28,622 bases of DNA from a virus (lineage: Duplodnaviria > Caudoviricetes): the IMG/VR virus record IMGVR_UViG_3300039918_000018, positions 1 to 28,622 of that record. One strand, given 5' to 3'. Below the pieces are notes generated by a model. The model ran no database searches. It worked only from the letters and a program-made list of their open reading frames with translations, and had not been told where the DNA came from. Position 1 is the stretch's first letter. Every line of letters starts with the position of its first letter. Positions 8,372 to 16,153 of the stretch are shown in pieces. The position numbers and the translations under genes are program-made.

Positions 8372-8462
8372 GGGCACAAAGTATAAAATCGTCGCTGTCA
8401 TCGGCACAGACCCCGCTTCGACACATAACCGCCCGACTGCGTCTATCTGAAAACATTCGGAC

Positions 8463-8492
8463 TTGACCGCTAATGTGCCAGATGGATACATC
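8463..8492 (+). promoter_or_regulatory. Rightward promoter overlapped by an operator (PR/OR-like)
   Basis: TTGACC at 8463; operator ATGTGCC-AGATG-GATACAT at 8473-8491 covers the spacer and -10. Confidence 0.7.
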
Positions 8493-8499
8493 CTGATCC

Positions 8500-8838
8500 A
8501 TGGCCATGCAAACCGCTTCTGTCCCGAATGGGGATTCCGCGCTCCGCGCCTGGCGCAAGACGATGGAAATGACGCTGGTCGAGGCGGCGAGGCTGGTCCT
8601 GACCAGCCATAGCGTGTGGCTGCGATGGGAGACGGGCGAACGCCTGCCGCGCGGCCGATCGTTGCAGCGCCTGTCCCGCGCCACGGGCCTGACCAGCGAC
8701 CAGATATTGGGGCTTGCCCCCTATGACCCATCCACGGACCGCGCCGGCGCAAATCTCCATGCACGCCCCGCCGGTGCGACACTGCCGGGGGAGGAGACTG
8801 ATCGCTCCTCCCCCGGCTCCTTGCGCAAGGCGGGATAA
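8500..8838 (+). CDS. Cro-like XRE HTH protein
   Basis: LRAWRKTMEMTLVEAARLV...WLRWETGERLP; first gene of the replication operon. Confidence 0.8.
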   Translation: MAMQTASVPNGDSALRAWRKTMEMTLVEAARLVLTSHSVWLRWETGERLPRGRSLQRLSRATGLTSDQILGLAPYDPSTDRAGANLHARPAGATLPGEETDRSSPGSLRKAG

Positions 8839-8840
8839 AG

Positions 8841-9935
8841 ATGCGCGGGGGCGGGACGGCAGAGATAGGGGTAGCGGAGATCGCGCAGATGCTCGCGCCC
8901 CATGCGAGCGCGGTGTGCCGGCAGATATTGCCCGCCGGGCGCGAAGAAGGCGGTTTCTATTGCGTCGGTTCGATCGACGGGGAGCCGGGCGGGTCGCTCA
9001 AAGTCTATCTGAAAGGCGCGCGGCAGGGCCGGTGGCGCGACTATGCCGGCGACGATCGCGGCGACCTGGTCGAGCTGGTGACGAAGGCGGCCTATGGCGG
9101 CGACAAGGCCGAGGCGGTGAAATGGTGCAAGGCGTTTTTGGGCATTGGCGACCTGTCGCCGGCGGCGTTCAAGGCGGCGCGGCGCAAGGCGATCGACGCG
9201 GCCGAGCGGCAGCAGCGCGAACAGGGGGAAGAGGACGCCAAGAAGCGCAAGGCGGCGCGGGCCATGTGGCTGGCGGGCGAGCCGATCGAACATACGCCCG
9301 GCCAATATTATCTGGAGGCGCGGGGCATAGACTTCGGGTTGCTGGGGCATATCCCCGGCGCGCTGCGCTTCGGCCGCGTCTATCATTCGTCGCTGAAACG
9401 GGAAGCGCCGTGCCTGATGGCGGCGATCATGCGCGGCGGCAAGCATATCGCCACGCACCGGACATGGATCACGCGCAACGGCGTGCGCGAGGGCGGCGAC
9501 TGGCGCACGATGAAGCGCGAGCTGGGCAAGCTCACCAAGATGACGCTGGGCCGCTATTATGAGCAGGGCGGCTATGTGCCGCTGTGGAAAGGGCTGAACG
9601 GCAAGAGCGAGATACCATCGGCCGCGTTCGAGCCGATCGCCATGGCGGGGCCGGTGCATTGCGCCGAGGGGATCGAGGACGTGCTGACGATCGCGCAGGT
9701 GCGCCGCGACCGGCCCGCCGCCGCCGCGGTCGCGCTCGCCAACATGCGTCAGCTGCCGTTCGCGCACATCATCTGGATCGCCGATCGCGACGCCGACAAT
9801 GAAAAGGCGGTCCGCCTGCTGGAAAACAATGTCGCGGCGCAGCAGGCGATGGGCAAACGGGTGCAGTTCATCTGGCCCGCCGAGGGCTTCAAGGACGTTA
9901 ACGACCAGTTGCTGGGGAAGAGGATGCCGGAATGA
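8841..9935 (+). CDS. Phage DNA primase (TOPRIM domain)
   Basis: YYLEARGI, AEGIED and IADRD TOPRIM motifs, GFKDVND; N-terminal domain with WRDY...GDLVELV. Confidence 0.85.
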   Translation: MRGGGTAEIGVAEIAQMLAPHASAVCRQILPAGREEGGFYCVGSIDGEPGGSLKVYLKGARQGRWRDYAGDDRGDLVELVTKAAYGGDKAEAVKWCKAFLGIGDLSPAAFKAARRKAIDAAERQQREQGEEDAKKRKAARAMWLAGEPIEHTPGQYYLEARGIDFGLLGHIPGALRFGRVYHSSLKREAPCLMAAIMRGGKHIATHRTWITRNGVREGGDWRTMKRELGKLTKMTLGRYYEQGGYVPLWKGLNGKSEIPSAAFEPIAMAGPVHCAEGIEDVLTIAQVRRDRPAAAAVALANMRQLPFAHIIWIADRDADNEKAVRLLENNVAAQQAMGKRVQFIWPAEGFKDVNDQLLGKRMPE

Positions 9936-10099
9936 TGACCCATTACTGGCGTGTTCGGGCTACCCTGCCCGATCGTTTCGGGCAACCATGCCGGGTCCTG
10001 GCCCGAGGTCGGATGAACAGCATATGCATCGAGTTCGCCGATGGCGTGCGGCACATTGTGAGCCGTTACGCAGTGCGCCTCCTCAACACGGGAAAGTAG
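9932..10099 (+). CDS. Small phage protein (55 aa; below the ORF-track cutoff)
   Basis: MMTHYWRVRATLPDRFGQPCRVLARGRMNSICIEFADGVRHIVSRYAVRLLNTGK; ATGA overlap with the primase stop. Confidence 0.6.
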   Translation: MMTHYWRVRATLPDRFGQPCRVLARGRMNSICIEFADGVRHIVSRYAVRLLNTGK

Positions 10100-10108
10100 C
10101 ACTTTCCC

Positions 10109-12076
10109 GTGCCACCTAGAAAACCCGCTCCCGGCCTCGCTTCGCTCGCCGAATCCGCCGCGTCGCCGCAGGACGCGCCCAATCTGCTGGGCGACGCGCC
10201 CGAGCAAAGGCGCGAGCCGCCGCTGCAGGGCCTGCCGCCCGATTGCCCGGTCAAGGCGCTTGGAAAGAACGGCAAGCTCTATTATTTCCTGGACGACAGC
10301 GGCCAGCTGATCGAGGTCAACAGCCAGTTCACGAAGGGCGATGTCTATTCGCTGTTCGCGCGCGATCCGGGCCGGGCCGAGCAGCTGTTTCCGCAATATG
10401 GGCCGCCGCTGAAAGACGCGGAGGGCCAACCGCTGATCGACGAATATGGCCGGCAGCAATATGCGATCAAGGGGCTGGACCAGACCAAGGCGCAAAAGCG
10501 GTTGATGCAGGCGTGCGCGTGGATGGGGATTTTCGACCGAAACACCGGCGAGCATGGGCGCGGCGCGCATGTCGGCCGCGACGGGCAGATCATCCTGCAT
10601 TGCGGCGACCAGCTGCTGATCGGATCGACGAAGGGCGTGGGCGGCCGCGTGACCGCGCCGCGCTATGTCGATACCGGCATCGTGGACAAGGCGGTCTATT
10701 CGGCGGCGGCGCCGCTGCCCCGACCCGCCGACCAGCCCAGCACGGCCGACATGGCCAACGAAACGCTGACGACACTGAAAAGCTGGCGCTGGCGCGCGCC
10801 CGACATCATGCCGCTGCTGATCCTGGGCTTCATCGGCCAGGCGCAGATACCCGGCGCGCTGCCATGGCGGGCGCATCTGTGGATCAACGCGGGATCGGGC
10901 AGCGGCAAGACGACGCTGATGGACTATATCGACTATCATATCGACGACTGGCGTTTGCGCGCGGCATCGGCCACGGAAGCGGGCATCCGCCAGATATTGG
11001 GCAATGACGCGCTCGCCGTGCTGGTCGATGAGTTCGAGGCCGAGGCCGGCGATGACAGCAAGCTCAAAGTCCTGGGCCTGGCGCGCATATCGTCATCGGG
11101 CGACAAGGCGCTGAAAGGCTCCGCCGAGCATAAGGGCCAGCAGTTCACGGCGCGCAGCTGCTTTCTCTTCTCCTCCATCCTGCATCAGCCGCTGATCGCG
11201 CAGGACCGCAACCGCATCACCGTGCTGGACGCGCTGCCGCTGCCCGACAATGCCAAGGAACCGTCGATCGTGCCCGCCGCTCTGCGCGCGCGGGGCGCGG
11301 CGATGCGGCGGCGGATGGTGGAGCAATGGCCGCGCTACATCCGCACCTATGAACGCTACAAGCTGGAGATCCAGCGCGAGGGCTTTTCGGCGCGGCACGG
11401 CGACCAATATGGCACGTTGCTGGCCTGCGCCGACATGCTGTTGTTCGACGACGCGCCGCACAGCGGCGAGCTGGCCGACATCAACGACGATGACGGACGC
11501 GTGAAAGAGTTTGTCGGCAAACTGCTGCCCATCATCATGCAGGCGGAGACAGACGGCGAGAGCGACCATGTGCGCTGCCTGCGCACGCTCATCACGCACA
11601 AGCTGCCGGCAGCGTCGGGCATGGAGCAGGAGAGCGTCGGCCGCTGGATCGCCAAGGCGCTGACGCCGGTGGCGCAGTCGGGGCTGGACGAGGGCGGGCC
11701 ATTCAACGCGAAGGCGATGGCGAAGCTGCGCACCTATGGCCTGCGCCTGGTCAATGCGCGCGCGCCCAGCGCGACGGCCAAGGATGCGCGCTGGGGGATC
11801 GAGCGCGAGTTCAGCCCCTATCAATTCGTCTATCTCGCCGTGGCCAGCGCCAAGGAGCATAAGGGGCTGGGCGAGATATTCGACAAGACGGACTGGAAGG
11901 GCGGCGTATGGTCGCAGTCGCTCAACCGCGTGAAGGGCAAGAGTGTCGCGACCGAAGGCGAGGCGATCAGCCGCGTCATGCTGGCCTTCGACGGCAAGGC
12001 GGAATCGGCGACGCTGATCCCGCTCAATCTGGTGATCGAATGGGAACAGAAGGTAAAGCCGCCGGGGCTGGACTAA
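10109..12076 (+). CDS. Replicative helicase / P-loop NTPase (SF3-like, primase-associated)
   Basis: Walker A AGSGSGKTT, Walker B VLVDEFE, FLFSSI, DRNR arginine finger. Confidence 0.85.
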   Translation: MPPRKPAPGLASLAESAASPQDAPNLLGDAPEQRREPPLQGLPPDCPVKALGKNGKLYYFLDDSGQLIEVNSQFTKGDVYSLFARDPGRAEQLFPQYGPPLKDAEGQPLIDEYGRQQYAIKGLDQTKAQKRLMQACAWMGIFDRNTGEHGRGAHVGRDGQIILHCGDQLLIGSTKGVGGRVTAPRYVDTGIVDKAVYSAAAPLPRPADQPSTADMANETLTTLKSWRWRAPDIMPLLILGFIGQAQIPGALPWRAHLWINAGSGSGKTTLMDYIDYHIDDWRLRAASATEAGIRQILGNDALAVLVDEFEAEAGDDSKLKVLGLARISSSGDKALKGSAEHKGQQFTARSCFLFSSILHQPLIAQDRNRITVLDALPLPDNAKEPSIVPAALRARGAAMRRRMVEQWPRYIRTYERYKLEIQREGFSARHGDQYGTLLACADMLLFDDAPHSGELADINDDDGRVKEFVGKLLPIIMQAETDGESDHVRCLRTLITHKLPAASGMEQESVGRWIAKALTPVAQSGLDEGGPFNAKAMAKLRTYGLRLVNARAPSATAKDARWGIEREFSPYQFVYLAVASAKEHKGLGEIFDKTDWKGGVWSQSLNRVKGKSVATEGEAISRVMLAFDGKAESATLIPLNLVIEWEQKVKPPGLD

Positions 12077-12085
12077 CGTATCCGT

Positions 12086-12100
12086 GTTCCGCTTATGTTC
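12086..12100 (+). promoter_or_regulatory. Alphaproteobacterial LexA (SOS) box
   Basis: GTTC-CGCTTAT-GTTC exactly matches GTTC-N7-GTTC; intergenic; overlaps a -10-like TATGTT. Confidence 0.8.
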
Positions 12101-12106
12101 CCAGCC

Positions 12107-12337
12107 ATGGGAACGAAGCGACTCGATACAATTCTGGATTGCCAGCGGCATGGGGTGGAGGTGTGGTTCACCTGCTGGCGGTGCGGCCGATCCCGCACGC
12201 TGGCGCCGTTCAAGGATCCGATCTTCAACGACCCGCGCCTGCGCGAAAATATGTCGCCCCACGCCATCGGCCGGCTGCTGAAATGCGGGAAGTGCGGCGC
12301 GAAGCGGCCCAAGGTCGACCTGCGCGGCAAATGGTAA
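12107..12337 (+). CDS. Small Zn-ribbon protein (76 aa), probably SOS-induced
   Basis: CWRC...CGKC; start ATG 6 nt after the LexA box; followed by a terminator. Confidence 0.75.
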   Translation: MGTKRLDTILDCQRHGVEVWFTCWRCGRSRTLAPFKDPIFNDPRLRENMSPHAIGRLLKCGKCGAKRPKVDLRGKW

Positions 12338-12360
12338 GGGCGGGCCGAAGCCCGCCCTTA
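12335..12360. terminator. Hairpin between convergent genes (probable bidirectional terminator)
   Basis: TAAGGGCGGGC-CGAA-GCCCGCCCTTA, perfect 11-bp stem; C(UUCG)G loop on the minus strand. Confidence 0.75.
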
Positions 12361-12363
12361 CTG

Positions 12364-12528
12364 TCAATTGTCGTTGCAGCGCGATTTCAGCGTGACGGGC
12401 CGGGACGGCATGGCGTCCATGATCATCGTCATGATGTTCCGCTTGAAGCTGCGCGAGCTGACCGGGCGGCAGAGGCCCGGCGCGGGCCGCTGGAAGCGCA
12501 GTATGTTGTGATCGTCGCCCATGGTCAT
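12364..12528 (-). CDS. Hypothetical protein (54 aa)
   Basis: ATGA overlap with the BRO gene stop; GGGAG RBS; ends at the terminator. Confidence 0.5.
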   Translation of the reverse strand: MTMGDDHNILRFQRPAPGLCRPVSSRSFKRNIMTMIMDAMPSRPVTLKSRCNDN

Positions 12529-13220
12529 GCTCCCGCCGCGACGAAGATGTTGACCGCGCGATCGCCGCGCCGGACGGTGTGGCGGATGAAGCCCAGCGCG
12601 CGCAGCAGGCGGCCGATGCGCATCCGCATCGACAGGTCGGGCGCGGCGATGCCGACGCCCTGCGCCACTTCCTCGATCGAGAAGCCGTCGCGGCCGTCGA
12701 TCCATGCGGCGATGGTGCCGGCGAGCGGATCGTGGCGATCGGCGGGCTGGTGATCCTCCGCCGCGACGGGCAGGCCGCACTGGAGCCAGACGCGCCGCGC
12801 GGTGGCGAGGCCGAACAGGCGGCGCGCGGCGTTGGCGAGCGCCACGGCCGCCATGATGCGGGGCGGATCGATGTCGGGCGAGACGAGCGGCGGCGCTGCG
12901 TCCGCCATGACATAGCGGCCCGTGCGGCGGAGGGTGGGGAGCAGGTCGGAGGTCACCCATTTCCTGAAGCGGCGCGCCTCCGGCTTCCTGCTGCCCAGGA
13001 CCAGGCTGTACATGCCGGATTCCGACACGATGTTGATGTTGCCGCCACCCTCGTTTGAAACGAGGGCAACTTCGTCGCTATCTAGGCGGCTCACCGCGTC
13101 GCTTACGTTGGCGATGTTCAACACAGCGCATAGATCGGCCGCGACAAACCACGGCTCGTCGTCACGCAACATCGTGCGGACGGCATGATCTTCAAACGCG
13201 AAAGGTATAATCTCATTCAT
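12525..13220 (-). CDS. BRO-N domain protein, putative antirepressor
   Basis: FAFEDHAVR...DDEPWFVAADLC...VSESGMYSLVLGSRKPEARRFRKWVTSDLLPTLRRTGRY is canonical BRO-N. Confidence 0.93.
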   Translation of the reverse strand: MNEIIPFAFEDHAVRTMLRDDEPWFVAADLCAVLNIANVSDAVSRLDSDEVALVSNEGGGNINIVSESGMYSLVLGSRKPEARRFRKWVTSDLLPTLRRTGRYVMADAAPPLVSPDIDPPRIMAAVALANAARRLFGLATARRVWLQCGLPVAAEDHQPADRHDPLAGTIAAWIDGRDGFSIEEVAQGVGIAAPDLSMRMRIGRLLRALGFIRHTVRRGDRAVNIFVAAGA

Positions 13221-13228
13221 GGCCTATT

Positions 13229-13261
13229 CCCTGTGAAAAGGCCCGACAACCAAACGCCAAA
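13229..13261 (-). promoter_or_regulatory. Downstream C4 target pair overlapping the BRO RBS
   Basis: Minus-strand TTTGGCGT (13261-13254) and CACAGGG (13235-13229) are complementary to the C4 segments ACGCCAA and CCUUGUG. Confidence 0.75.
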
Positions 13262-13342
13262 TTGGTGGCCGGACGTGCCCAGATTGGCGTACCGCCCACA
13301 AGGTAGCGGCGACCCGAAGGTCTCCAGACACGCCCGACCATA
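13262..13342 (-). ncRNA. c4: C4-type antisense RNA (P1 C4 / P4 CI family)
   Basis: Long basal stem UGGUCGGGCGUGUCUGG/CUGGGCACGUCCGGCCA, GACC(UUCG)GGUC hairpin, hairpin with CCUUGUG loop, and unpaired ACGCCAAU; targets on both sides. Confidence 0.85.
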
Positions 13343-13380
13343 AAGAACCGCGCCTAGACGGGCGGTCCGGCGCGGGTGCG

Positions 13381-13408
13381 CCTTGTGCAGAGGGTGACGC
13401 CAATCACC
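13381..13408 (-). promoter_or_regulatory. Upstream C4 target pair (a1b1-like)
   Basis: GGTGA-TTGGCG-TCACC hairpin displaying the target, followed by CACAAGG (13387-13381). Confidence 0.8.
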
Positions 13409-13434
13409 TGCCGGGGATTTACCCGGCGCGCGAA

Positions 13435-13463
13435 TTGATGCACCCAAGCCAGAGGAATGTCAA
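13435..13463 (-). promoter_or_regulatory. Putative promoter of the c4-BRO transcript
   Basis: TTGACA (13463-13458), 17-nt spacer, weak -10 CATCAA. Confidence 0.45.
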
Positions 13464-13479
13464 AGACGCGGAGCATAAA

Positions 13480-13899
13480 ATGAAGTTGATACCTGCGATG
13501 GTGTCCATTCTGGTGCTCATGCAACCTGTCGTCGGAGCGGCCGAGACTGACGACCGTTTTGCTAAATATCGAAAGCTGGGGAATGACGCTCTCGGTCCGG
13601 CGCTGACGCGATGGGGAGACTGTATTGAGCTGGAAAGCCAACGCTATTCCGCCACCAATGAACCATCGGCTGTCGCCGCAGACGCGGCGATCGCTAAGTG
13701 CTCTTACCTTGAAAGCGCATATGCCAAGGCAGCTTCTCTTACCGTAGCGGGCGATCCAGCGATGTTCGACTTTGGCGATAAAGCGATGCACGACCAGCGC
13801 GCTAGCTATCGCGGCTTGGCGCTGACGTTGATTATGGATGCCCGTTTGGCAAAAGATATAGGGACCACTCATCCCAAGGGATCAAAGCCGACGCCGTAG
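13480..13899 (+). CDS. Secreted/periplasmic protein (moron-like)
   Basis: Signal peptide MKLIPAMVSILVLMQPVVGA; GGAG RBS; two Cys; visibly lower GC; opposite orientation to its neighbours. Confidence 0.75.
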   Translation: MKLIPAMVSILVLMQPVVGAAETDDRFAKYRKLGNDALGPALTRWGDCIELESQRYSATNEPSAVAADAAIAKCSYLESAYAKAASLTVAGDPAMFDFGDKAMHDQRASYRGLALTLIMDARLAKDIGTTHPKGSKPTP

Positions 13900-14240
13900 C
13901 GCAGGCGCAGATAGGTGGGCCAGTCCATGCGCCCGGCGGCGCGGTCTTCCTCCACCCAGCGCTGGATCAGCTGGTCCTTTTGCTGGCGGGCACGGATGCC
14001 GGTGGCGGTGTCGCCGCGCGAGCCGCCGCGGGTGACGCGCTCGACCATCGCCAGCGGCGTCAGGACGCGGCCGCGCACGGTGGCGCGGTTGTTCCATGCG
14101 TCGCGATGGCCGGGCGAGCAGAAGAGTTGCCCCGGATGCGCCCGTGGGAAGCGCTGGAGGCATTCGGGGCAGACTGGACCCGGACCCGCCGGATCGGCTC
14201 CAGCGGCGTCCTGACGCGGTCCTTGTAACAAGGACTTCAT
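13869..14240 (-). CDS. Zn-finger-like phage protein
   Basis: CPEC...FCSPGH motif; GGAGG RBS; ATGA coupling. Confidence 0.7.
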   Translation of the reverse strand: MKSLLQGPRQDAAGADPAGPGPVCPECLQRFPRAHPGQLFCSPGHRDAWNNRATVRGRVLTPLAMVERVTRGGSRGDTATGIRARQQKDQLIQRWVEEDRAAGRMDWPTYLRLRYGVGFDPLG

Positions 14241-14629
14241 AGGGTGGCCTCCATGCGCTGGCGCAGATAGTCCGGCGGAGGATCGCCCCAGCCCTGCCGC
14301 TCCATCTGGCGCGCGAAGCGGGCGGGCCATGCGCGATGGCGGGCCAGGCGGCGCTCCAGACGCAGCGACAGAGCGACGGCGCGGCCGCACGCGTCGATCA
14401 GGGCCGGATCGATATAGTTGGCGCGTCGCTCGTAAAGCGCGGCCAGTTCGCGCGTGAGGGCGCGGTCGCGCGCCTCCGCTTCACGGGCGACGGCTTCAAG
14501 CCGGGCGTCGTCCTGCTCGATCGGCAGGAAACCGACGCCAAGGCAGGGCTGGCCACGCACATGGTGATGGGCGATCGTGCCGTCGCGACGCAGGTTGCGG
14601 CGGCGGCCGCAGATTTGGCAGCGGGTCAT
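14237..14629 (-). CDS. Hypothetical protein with N-terminal CxxC...H...C motif
   Basis: CQICGR...IAHH.....CLG; coupled. Confidence 0.7.
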   Translation of the reverse strand: MTRCQICGRRRNLRRDGTIAHHHVRGQPCLGVGFLPIEQDDARLEAVAREAEARDRALTRELAALYERRANYIDPALIDACGRAVALSLRLERRLARHRAWPARFARQMERQGWGDPPPDYLRQRMEATL

Positions 14630-14631
14630 GG

Positions 14632-14904
14632 CTATTCCGGCCGCTCATACTGGTTGCCCGGCTTCTTCCAGCGCACTTCGTGGGCGGGCCAGAGGCCATG
14701 CGTTTCGCAGGGGGAATGTCCGCCGTAGGTCGTGCCCCATGGGCCATAGTCGCGGCACATGCCGCTGACCTTGCCATCGGGCAGGATGGCCCATGCGCGG
14801 CCGACCTGCCATGCGCCGTCCTGCCAGAACCATGCGCGCTTGCCATCGGGACCAATGCTGGCTGGTGCCGGGATCGTGGTAAAGCCCATATCGATTTGGG
14901 TCAT
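14632..14904 (-). CDS. Trp-rich hypothetical protein
   Basis: AGGAGG RBS; ATGA overlap with the MTase stop. Confidence 0.6.
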   Translation of the reverse strand: MTQIDMGFTTIPAPASIGPDGKRAWFWQDGAWQVGRAWAILPDGKVSGMCRDYGPWGTTYGGHSPCETHGLWPAHEVRWKKPGNQYERPE

Positions 14905-15599
14905 GCCGCCGCCCTCCTGATATCCGCCATGGCGGCCGCGCCCCACTGGTCCGCCATTGCGGCCGCGATGCCAGGATAAAAGCGGGAGCGATTGGCGGCG
15001 CGCGCCTCGCCGGCCTGTCCCCAGCCCGTATGGCGATGGATGCTCGACCAGCGCTTGTGAGCGACGGTGCCTGGCGCAGGCGGATCAAGCCGGCGCGTCT
15101 CCGTCAAAGGATCAAGGTTTTTGAGCCAGAAACAGGTGCGCTTGAATGCGCGATGGCCGAACTGCCATGGCTGGATGGTCTGCGCCGGCTCGCGATAGTC
15201 GCGGATGCGCTCCTTCGCGTGGCGGTGAATGATCGGGTTTTCGACGGCGATGCGCGCGATCGGCGCGTGCAGGAAATCCGAGAACAGCGCGGCCGCTTCG
15301 TCCAGCTCGGCCCACATATCGGCGCGGGTCCGTCCCGGCGGCGGATCGGTCAACCAGCGCACGCCGCTGTTGCAGAGCCGTGTGCAGGGCGGGTGCGCCA
15401 CGATCAGCATATCCCAGCCCCAATGGATGATTTCGCGAGCATCGCCCGTGATGTGGCGGTTGCTGCGCTTTTCGTCGGGTTTAAGGTCGCATGACCAGGC
15501 GTCGAAGCCGCGCGTCAGGAACGCGTCGCGGACCGTGCCGGAGCATTCGCAGGCGATTAGGACGCGCGGCGAGGCGTCCAGGAGGTCGAGCTGGATCAT
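14901..15599 (-). CDS. Phage DNA (cytosine-5) methyltransferase-like protein (short type)
   Basis: VLIACECSG (motif I variant), WSCDL, AHPPCT (catalytic PC), VENP, IQPWQFGH, GIAAAMADQWG. Confidence 0.85.
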   Translation of the reverse strand: MIQLDLLDASPRVLIACECSGTVRDAFLTRGFDAWSCDLKPDEKRSNRHITGDAREIIHWGWDMLIVAHPPCTRLCNSGVRWLTDPPPGRTRADMWAELDEAAALFSDFLHAPIARIAVENPIIHRHAKERIRDYREPAQTIQPWQFGHRAFKRTCFWLKNLDPLTETRRLDPPAPGTVAHKRWSSIHRHTGWGQAGEARAANRSRFYPGIAAAMADQWGAAAMADIRRAAA

Positions 15600-15871
15600 G
15601 CGCGCGCCTCGATCAGCCGGAAGGCGACCGGATCGGCGTGGTTGCACTCGCTGATCGGGTCGGTGTGATAGTCGTCGCGGCTGGTGCCTTCCCACCACCA
15701 AGAGCCGCCATAGGCGACCGGATCGTAATAGGCGTTGCCCTGAATGAAGCCGCCCTCAGTCATCGGGACAAGAACGGACATCAGCCTGCCGTCGAGCGGC
15801 GCGAGGGCCATGGGAAGCCAGTAGATCGGGCGAGAGGCGGGCTGTTGCGGAAAAGGGATGACGTTGCTCAT
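15596..15871 (-). CDS. Hypothetical phage protein (DUF551-like WxPxxxAPxDG start)
   Basis: WLPMALAPLDGR; coupled. Confidence 0.65.
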   Translation of the reverse strand: MSNVIPFPQQPASRPIYWLPMALAPLDGRLMSVLVPMTEGGFIQGNAYYDPVAYGGSWWWEGTSRDDYHTDPISECNHADPVAFRLIEARA

Positions 15872-16044
15872 CAATAAACGCTCCCGGCCTGATCGAACTC
15901 GATGCGGTCGATCATCCACCCGTTGATGCGGACGGGTTCGCCGGTCTCGGCATCGATCGCGTCGAACGCGTCGTCGAGGTCAGTGCCGGTGGGGATCAGG
16001 ACGTCCAGCGTCTCAATTCCAAAGTCGATGATGGCTCGTGTCAT
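15871..16044 (-). CDS. Small acidic protein (57 aa; below the ORF-track cutoff)
   Basis: AAGGAGG RBS; MTRAIIDFGIETLDVLIPTGTDLDDAFDAIDAETGEPVRINGWMIDRIEFDQAGSVY; TGATG coupling. Confidence 0.65.
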   Translation of the reverse strand: MTRAIIDFGIETLDVLIPTGTDLDDAFDAIDAETGEPVRINGWMIDRIEFDQAGSVY

Positions 16045-16134
16045 TGGTTCGGCCTCCTTGCCGTGCCACCCGATCCAGTTACCGGCGTGGCTTCCTATGG
16101 CTGCAACGGGATGGGCCGACCTGTCAACCAGAAA

Positions 16135-16153
16135 ATGTATCTATCTGACACAT
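16135..16153. promoter_or_regulatory. Operator upstream of the second leftward operon
   Basis: ATGTATC-TATCT-GACACAT, 18/19 identical to the reverse complement of 7909-7927; TTGACA on the minus strand at 16127-16122. Confidence 0.75.

Noticed and set aside
8437-8456. Extra operator in the cI-cro interval
   Set aside because: Shares TATCTGA and ACAT, but the arms are mismatched and off by one base
9749-12913. 396-aa and 606-aa minus-strand ORFs
   Set aside because: Shadow frames of the helicase and BRO genes
13217-13447. 76-aa ORF upstream of the BRO gene
   Set aside because: It coincides with the C4 RNA and its targets and is better explained as structured RNA
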